Source of the DNA: an uncultured Lachnospiraceae bacterium
Lineage (GTDB): Bacteria; Bacillota; Clostridia; Lachnospirales; Lachnospiraceae
Reading direction: 5' to 3'
Assembly: GCA_946535225.1 (NCBI GenBank)
Contig: CAMNDJ010000001.1
Coordinates: forward strand, 12,331-76,330
DNA: 64,000 nucleotides
Position 1 is the first letter of the stretch; every line of letters begins with the position of its first letter. Of the stretch, positions 57,853 to 64,000 are shown piece after piece. Under the pieces are notes generated by a model that saw nothing but the letters and a program-made list of their open reading frames with translations, did not search any database and was not told where the DNA came from. The translations under genes were made by a program, and so were the position numbers.

Positions 57853-58872
57853 ATGGAGAATGCCGTGAGTAACATACTTGACAATAAAACGATACTTGTG
57901 ACCGGAGGAACGGGATCTTTCGGTAAATGCTTTACCAAATATGTTCTGGATAATTATGATCCCAAGAAGATCATCATCTATTCAAGAGATGAGTACAAGC
58001 AGTTTGTCATGCAGAATGAGATGAAGGATTATGCGGATAAGCTGAGATTCTTTATAGGTGATGTAAGAGACAGGGACAGACTCTCCAGGGCACTTGCCGG
58101 AGTTGACTATGTCGTCCATGCTGCTGCACTTAAGCAGGTTCCGGCTTGCGAGTATAATCCCAATGAAGCGATCAAGACAAATATTCACGGAGCAATGAAC
58201 GTCATAGATGCATCCCTTGATTCGGGAAGTGTGACAAAGGTTGTTGCTCTTTCTACGGACAAGGCGGTGAATCCTGTCAATCTCTACGGCGGGACCAAGC
58301 TTGTATCGGATAAGCTTTTTATTGCGGCCAATGCATACAGCGGAGTTAAGGATATCAATTTCTCAATCGTTCGTTACGGTAATGTTGCCGGGAGCAGAGG
58401 CTCGGTCATTCCGTTTTTCAACAATATCATCAAAAACGGCGGAAGGGAGCTTCCGATCACGGATTATCGAATGACAAGATTCTGGATAAGTCTGACACAG
58501 GGTGTTGAGCTTGTCATCAAGGCGCTCAGCGAGGCAAGAGGAGGAGAGACATTCATAAGCAAGATCCCTTCATTTAAGATCACCGATCTGGCTCAGGCGA
58601 TGCTTCCGGGATGTGAGATGCCTGAGGTCGGTATCAGAGAGGGAGAGAAACTCCATGAGATCATGGTGACCGTGGAGGATTCCATGACGACTTATGAATA
58701 TGACAAACATTTCATCGTATATCCTCAGATGACATGGAATGAAAGACAACAGCCTATACCGGGCGGCAAGCCTGTAGAACAGGGCTTCTCATACAGCTCA
58801 GGCAATAATACCGAATGGCTTACCGTAGAGCAGATACAGGAATTGCTTAAGTCAGTGGATCTGGAGAAGTGA
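57853..58872 (+). CDS. pseB: UDP-N-acetylglucosamine 4,6-dehydratase (inverting)
   Basis: TGGTGSFG, YSRDEYKQ, HAAALKQVPACEYNP, STDKA, YGGTK, RYGNVAGSRGSV and GEKLHE. Alternative GTG start at 57865. Upstream TGGTAAAAT at 57801-57809. Confidence 0.9.
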   Translation: MENAVSNILDNKTILVTGGTGSFGKCFTKYVLDNYDPKKIIIYSRDEYKQFVMQNEMKDYADKLRFFIGDVRDRDRLSRALAGVDYVVHAAALKQVPACEYNPNEAIKTNIHGAMNVIDASLDSGSVTKVVALSTDKAVNPVNLYGGTKLVSDKLFIAANAYSGVKDINFSIVRYGNVAGSRGSVIPFFNNIIKNGGRELPITDYRMTRFWISLTQGVELVIKALSEARGGETFISKIPSFKITDLAQAMLPGCEMPEVGIREGEKLHEIMVTVEDSMTTYEYDKHFIVYPQMTWNERQQPIPGGKPVEQGFSYSSGNNTEWLTVEQIQELLKSVDLEK

Positions 58873-58896
58873 TCCCGGTCCGATCGGAGTCGGAGG

Positions 58897-61614
58897 ATGA
58901 ATAACGTTTTTTTCGCTAAAAGAAAAGATTCAAGATACATATACGCCTGCCTAGCAGGCGTTATTGTTATACTTATGTATCTTGCTCTGCTCATCGTATG
59001 CCGGATAACTCCGTTTGGTGACAATACGTGGGTGATGTATGATCTGAAGAGACAATACATAGATTTCTACTCATACTACAGGCAGGTATGCATGGGCGAA
59101 GAAAACGTATTGTATTCTTTTAAGACAGCACTCGGATCCGGGATGATCGGATTCTTCGTATACTATCTTAACAATCCGCTTTTTCTCATTTTCAATCTGT
59201 TCGCAGAGGAAGATCTTCCGAATGCGATCACACTCGTGATAGGGCTTACACTTGTTATCGGAGCCGTTATCATGGCTTTATTCCTCACATGGTATACGGA
59301 TGGAAAGAATAGAAACCGGCAGATAACGGAAGAAGCAGGAGGATCGGGCGACGATCCGGTCATCAGCCCAACAGGGATCCTGATGGGATCAGTTGCATGG
59401 GCATTCAGCGGATTTCTGATCGCGCACGGCATGAACATGATGTGGACGGATGTCGTGATCATGCTGCCTGTCATCATCTATGCCACAGAGGGTATGATAA
59501 GGGCAGATAAGCCGGGTATCAGAGAGCGTGTGATCTATGTCATATCACTGTCCGTCATTCTTCTTTTCAACTACTATATCTCCTACCAGGTGCTTCTGTA
59601 TGTTGCCATATGGACACTTATAAGTTTGTGGGTCAGTAAGGAAGAGCATCCGGTAAGGAAGATAGCGGACCTGGCCCTCTGTACGGTCATTCCGGTCTTG
59701 ATCGATTCCGTCGTACTTCTGCCCACTCTTTTAGAACTTGCCGACAGTCCCAAGGACATAACCAAACTCGGTATGGAAGCTACCGGCAGGATGCTGTCTC
59801 CGGTTGATGTGTTCAGTAAGATCTTTATACTGGCATATGATGAGATACAACCGAGATTCGGTCTTCCGCAGGTATATGCGGGAGTCATTATGCTGATCCC
59901 GGCTATAATGTTCTTCCTTAACGGAAAACGCTCTGTAAGAGAGAGGATCGGAAGGTTATTACTTTTGTCCGTATTACTTCTGTCTTTTTGTATAGATCAG
60001 TTCAACCTTTTCTGGCATGCCATGATGGAACCGTCGGGCCATCCTTACAGACAGGCACCTTTATTTGTATTTACGCTCTTATTGTGTGCCGTAGACAGTA
60101 TAAGTGAGATCGGGATGTGTGGATCCGTAAGACCTGATGAAAGAGAAGATGAGCAGACCGGCAGGAAGCGATTTACTGTGAACTGCCTGTGCACTTTTCT
60201 CATACTTGAACTGATTCTTGTCATTGTGACTGTAAAAGGATATGAATATACGGGGCGCAAGATGTTTGCGGCCAATCAGGTGTTGATCTTTATCGGGGTC
60301 ATGGGTTTTTACATATCCGGGATTGTTAAGAAACGACCATTATCAAAAGTGATAATGATATTGATGCCGGCTCTGCTGGCGTTTGAACTGCTGGCTAATG
60401 CCGCGTTCACATACCCGTTTATTTCCATGAACGGAGAAAAGATGTCATCCTACCGGATCAAGGTAAGGGAGACCAAAGAAACGGTAGACCGGATAAAGAC
60501 CTCTGACAGGGGGTTCTACCGCATGGAGAATCTTACACCCAGGCAGCAGAATGACGGGATGATGTACGGTTACAACGGAGTCACCCACTACAGTTCGGCA
60601 GGAATGACCTACGTGAGATATCTGCTTCAGAAACTTGGTTATAACGATGACGCCCTCTATACCCATTACGGACATGACAATACTGTCACAATGGACATGC
60701 TGCTCGGTATCAGATATGTGATCACCGAAGATGATCTATATGTCCATCACGGATATGACCTGATGGAAGATCTCTCAGGTGAAAAAGAGCATGTATTTAA
60801 GAATCCTTATGCTCTGCCTCCTGCGATCTGCGTGGCGAACTATGACCTCGACGGTATTATGGACATAGGTGACCCGAGGAAGATCCCGGGGGATCCTTTC
60901 TCTGTTCAGGAAGATATGGTGAGCAGGCTGACAGGTCATAAGGCGGAGATATTCAAGCCTCTGAAACAGGAAGTAAGTACTACGGACACATCCATGGATG
61001 CGGTGCTTATGACAAGGGAAGCGGGCGAGGTGTATATGTATCTTGACGGGATCATGGATAAGATCCAGGGACTGGCCGTATATAAGGATGACGAGTTCCT
61101 TACAGGCTACGGCAACTTAGGATGCTATAAGATTTTAAACCTCGGATATCATGATGCCGGAGAAAAGATATGCATAAGGGTTGAAGCAGATTCCGAAGAA
61201 GCGGATTTCGGAGTACCAGTATTTGTGACGGAAGACATGGATGCGGTAAAAGAAGCATATGATGAGATATCGCCTAAATGTCCGGATGTAGAACTGGTCG
61301 GTCCTTCTTCGATCGTGATCAGAGGGATCCATGATAATGCGGACATCTATACTTCGATCCCATATGAGAAGGGCTGGAGCACAGACGGGGTCAGGGTATA
61401 CGGAGCTTTTATGTATATCCCGTATGAGGAAGCTGCCGTTTCACTGAGCGACAACGGTGAACTGATATTACGGTTCGTCCCGGCCGGAATGAGGGCCGGA
61501 GCCGTAATATCGTCAGTCGCCATGATTTTTTGCCTGATATACATCGCTGTAATGTATAAGAAGGCGGAGTCTGCGGGAAAGATGCAGGATCGAAAGGAAA
61601 GACGTAAAGATTGA
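58897..61614 (+). CDS. YfhO-family GT-C membrane protein 2
   Basis: Same motif series as the 54120 paralogue (PFGDNTW...DLKRQY, NYYISY, FYRME, HYSSAG, SIPYEKGW). Confidence 0.88.
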   Translation: MNNVFFAKRKDSRYIYACLAGVIVILMYLALLIVCRITPFGDNTWVMYDLKRQYIDFYSYYRQVCMGEENVLYSFKTALGSGMIGFFVYYLNNPLFLIFNLFAEEDLPNAITLVIGLTLVIGAVIMALFLTWYTDGKNRNRQITEEAGGSGDDPVISPTGILMGSVAWAFSGFLIAHGMNMMWTDVVIMLPVIIYATEGMIRADKPGIRERVIYVISLSVILLFNYYISYQVLLYVAIWTLISLWVSKEEHPVRKIADLALCTVIPVLIDSVVLLPTLLELADSPKDITKLGMEATGRMLSPVDVFSKIFILAYDEIQPRFGLPQVYAGVIMLIPAIMFFLNGKRSVRERIGRLLLLSVLLLSFCIDQFNLFWHAMMEPSGHPYRQAPLFVFTLLLCAVDSISEIGMCGSVRPDEREDEQTGRKRFTVNCLCTFLILELILVIVTVKGYEYTGRKMFAANQVLIFIGVMGFYISGIVKKRPLSKVIMILMPALLAFELLANAAFTYPFISMNGEKMSSYRIKVRETKETVDRIKTSDRGFYRMENLTPRQQNDGMMYGYNGVTHYSSAGMTYVRYLLQKLGYNDDALYTHYGHDNTVTMDMLLGIRYVITEDDLYVHHGYDLMEDLSGEKEHVFKNPYALPPAICVANYDLDGIMDIGDPRKIPGDPFSVQEDMVSRLTGHKAEIFKPLKQEVSTTDTSMDAVLMTREAGEVYMYLDGIMDKIQGLAVYKDDEFLTGYGNLGCYKILNLGYHDAGEKICIRVEADSEEADFGVPVFVTEDMDAVKEAYDEISPKCPDVELVGPSSIVIRGIHDNADIYTSIPYEKGWSTDGVRVYGAFMYIPYEEAAVSLSDNGELILRFVPAGMRAGAVISSVAMIFCLIYIAVMYKKAESAGKMQDRKERRKD

Positions 61615-63053
61615 ACAGAAGAAATGATATCATCAAATTCATATTGATGCTTATCGCTGTTATAGTCATTATATCGCTGTGTGTGAGGGATTCTTCTGAC
61701 CGTGTTGACAGGAAATATATTCGGGCAGGCGGACGTGACATAGCCGTATTCAGCTCGGATGATAAGGATTATCTCTTCCTGCCGGGATATATGGATGAAG
61801 CTAAGATAAAGAGGACTAAGGCTTTCGGGAAATACGATCCTGAGATCATAAGGTACACAGGACTGCCGACCTTATATATCGAGACAACGGCAGGTAATAT
61901 CGACAAAGTCCTGGAAGATAAAGATTATAAGGAACCCGGAAGGATAAGTGTCTATGACGCGGCGGGTAATAAGGAATACAGTGGAGGACTTGAGTATATA
62001 AAGGGCAGGGGTAATTACACATGGGTGTCGGAGGAATGGCCTAAGAAACCTTTTTCCATAGTCCTTAAGAAAGAGACATCGCTGCTTGGTCAACCCGCCG
62101 GTACCAAATTTGCTCTTATCGCCAATGCTTCCGATGACACACTCATAAGAAATGACCTGGCACGGAGCATACAGGAAGAACTTCAGTTTAAATATGCGAC
62201 CCGCGGTTCATTTACAGGGTTATATATTGACGGAGAATTCAAAGGGATCTACTATCTGTGCGCGCCGCCGGATATCGGAAAAGCGAGGATAGACATAGCA
62301 ACGGCAGGTTCCGACATAACAGGCGGCTATCTGATGGAGCGAGAGTATGTGGACAGATTTGCACTAGAGGAAGATAAGATAGCATGTCCCGTTGTTACAG
62401 ACGGAGAAGAACACTTTATCGTACATGAGCCGGATTATGCCACACAAGAGCAGTTAGAATACTTAAGAGACTATATGAACAAGGTGGAATCTGCTATAAT
62501 AACACCCGGAGGCGATGATGAGGAAGATGCAAGGTATTCGGAATATATAGACACGGAGACTTTTGTACTTGCTTATCTTACGGAGGAAATAGCCAAGAAC
62601 TATGACGCCGGCGTGTCGAGCGGTTTCTGTTATAAGGTAAGTGACAGGGACGGCGGTAAGCTCTATTGTGCTCCGGGATGGGATTTTGATATGACTCTTG
62701 GGAGCTATCAGGACTGGATGGGTTATGACTCCCCTCAGGGTCTTACCAGGATGTATCCGCATTCGGATGCCTCTACTTGGTTCATAAGCCTGCAATTTAA
62801 GGACTCTTTCAGAGATCGGTATACGCAAGCCTACCGTGATAACAGAGATGCGATAGCGGATATTCTCTATGGAAAGAGACTTAAGCAGACAAGGGAAATG
62901 CTTGCCGGCGCATATGAAGCGGAGTATATAAGGTGGAAGACCATGTATGATGACAGAGGTGTCATACCGGGAAGTGATGATGCATATTCGCATCTTACGG
63001 ACTTTGCCCGTGAGAGGATCGATTTTCTGGATTTGGTATGGAGTACAGAATAG
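61611..63053 (+). CDS. CotH-family kinase with N-terminal membrane anchor
   Basis: KGRGNYTW, KKPF, RN, GIYYL, GGYLME, KNYD and WDFD. TTG start overlaps the yfhO2 stop. Confidence 0.82.
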   Translation: MNRRNDIIKFILMLIAVIVIISLCVRDSSDRVDRKYIRAGGRDIAVFSSDDKDYLFLPGYMDEAKIKRTKAFGKYDPEIIRYTGLPTLYIETTAGNIDKVLEDKDYKEPGRISVYDAAGNKEYSGGLEYIKGRGNYTWVSEEWPKKPFSIVLKKETSLLGQPAGTKFALIANASDDTLIRNDLARSIQEELQFKYATRGSFTGLYIDGEFKGIYYLCAPPDIGKARIDIATAGSDITGGYLMEREYVDRFALEEDKIACPVVTDGEEHFIVHEPDYATQEQLEYLRDYMNKVESAIITPGGDDEEDARYSEYIDTETFVLAYLTEEIAKNYDAGVSSGFCYKVSDRDGGKLYCAPGWDFDMTLGSYQDWMGYDSPQGLTRMYPHSDASTWFISLQFKDSFRDRYTQAYRDNRDAIADILYGKRLKQTREMLAGAYEAEYIRWKTMYDDRGVIPGSDDAYSHLTDFARERIDFLDLVWSTE

Positions 63054-63718
63054 AAGATAAATACATAGTCAGTGAAGAGCTCTGGCGGACTATAGAGAAC
63101 GGACTTAAGGCGGTCTGTGAGCCGGATGTACATGGACATGACGGAGGTTATACCGTCAGAAGTGTCTATTTTGACGATATGTACGATACATGTCTTGCAG
63201 AGAATGAAGCCGGAGTCGACGGGCGAGAGAAGTTCAGGATAAGGACTTATGATCTGGGAGATGATCTGATACATTTGGAGCTTAAGAGTAAGTTAAGAGG
63301 CTTTACGAATAAAAGATCCGCGCGACTTAGTCGTCATGAAGCAGAGCGGCTTTTTGACCGTGATGATGACCTGTATCTTGACACGGATTCGGAACTTGTC
63401 ACAAAGCTCTGCACAGAGATGAAATACAGACGGATGCAGCCGGTGATCCTGATAGAATACGAGAGAACGGCATACACGTATGGCACCGGTAATGTGAGGA
63501 TCACTTATGACAGGAATATAGGAGCATGTAAGGATCATAGCCTTATGTGGGATGCAAACGCACCGATGATCCCGGTGATGCCTGTCGGACAGCATATAAT
63601 GGAAGTCAAGTATGATGAACTGCTTCCGGACTTTATAAGAGAAATACTTGATATCGGCAGTCTGCAGAGGACATCATATTCAAAGTATTATTACGCGAGA
63701 GTGCTGCAGCATATATAA
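63038..63718 (+). CDS. VTC-domain (polyphosphate polymerase-like, CYTH superfamily) protein
   Basis: R-x-E-x-K-Y (RIEDKY), YTVRSVYFD, REKFRIRTY, LELKSK, YERTAY, RITYD, MEVKY and YSKY. Confidence 0.88.
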   Translation: MEYRIEDKYIVSEELWRTIENGLKAVCEPDVHGHDGGYTVRSVYFDDMYDTCLAENEAGVDGREKFRIRTYDLGDDLIHLELKSKLRGFTNKRSARLSRHEAERLFDRDDDLYLDTDSELVTKLCTEMKYRRMQPVILIEYERTAYTYGTGNVRITYDRNIGACKDHSLMWDANAPMIPVMPVGQHIMEVKYDELLPDFIREILDIGSLQRTSYSKYYYARVLQHI

Positions 63719-63741
63719 GAGTATAAGGAGAAATACAGAGT

Positions 63742-64000
63742 ATGAGTTTTAAAGATGCGATAAGGCGTTCCGTACTTGAGGGATTTGCCAATACTGACAT
63801 GCCAACCAGTCAGGTGGTGACGATACTTGCCATCACGTTTGCAATAGGCATATATATTTATTTCATATACAGGCTGGTCAATAAGAGCTCTCTTTATGAC
63901 AGGAGCTTCCACATAGCGATGGCTGTCATATCGGTAGTTACGGCCGGCATAATCATAGCGATGCAGAGCAGCATAGTCATTTCGCTCGGTATGGTCGGTG
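63742..64000 (+). CDS. DUF4956-family membrane protein (3' end outside the window)
   Basis: Hand translation MSFKDAIRRSVLEGF...IYFIYR...YDRSF...AMQSSIVISLGMVG matches the 'SLGMVGALS' signature. AAGGAG RBS. Not in the ORF track because it is truncated. Confidence 0.82.
   Translation, partial: MSFKDAIRRSVLEGFANTDMPTSQVVTILAITFAIGIYIYFIYRLVNKSSLYDRSFHIAMAVISVVTAGIIIAMQSSIVISLGMVG

Noticed and set aside
1-64000. rRNA, tRNA, CRISPR arrays, transposases, prophage genes
   Set aside because: None recognised. Intergenic gaps are short, and I saw no repeat-spacer periodicity or integrase/transposase motifs.

Overview
Chromosomal segment of a Firmicute, most likely a Lachnospiraceae member (inferred from gene content and protein style). 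Almost every gene is on the + strand. Positions 1-22 kb hold mostly housekeeping genes: an MCP tail, nth, a VanW-family gene, Lrp plus aminotransferase, an HtrA-like gene, yhaM, rlmD, mutS2, an OmpR-type two-component system, DUF1846, ftsH and xpaC-telA. Positions 22-64 kb form a large cell-envelope/surface-glycan region. It has two MBOAT+SGNH O-acylation modules, a murL-murD(2) pair, rmlD, gmd, fcl, pseB, a priming transferase, Wzz- and EpsG/Wzy-like genes, many GT2/GT4 enzymes, several GT-C-like membrane proteins (including two YfhO paralogues) and a radical SAM/SPASM enzyme. It ends in a tightly coupled CotH-kinase / VTC-domain / DUF4956 module that runs off the window. An AT-rich insert at about 31.3-34.1 kb carries a lipoprotein, a scrambled surface-protein remnant and a self-contained DUF5674-like two-gene unit. 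The leading candidates for novelty are the CotH-VTC-DUF4956 module, the MurL/MurD2 pair, the radical SAM enzyme in the glycan locus, the DUF5674-like pair and an unannotated 31-aa membrane peptide. I saw no rRNA, tRNA, CRISPR array or transposase. All family assignments come from motif recognition by eye, not database searches.
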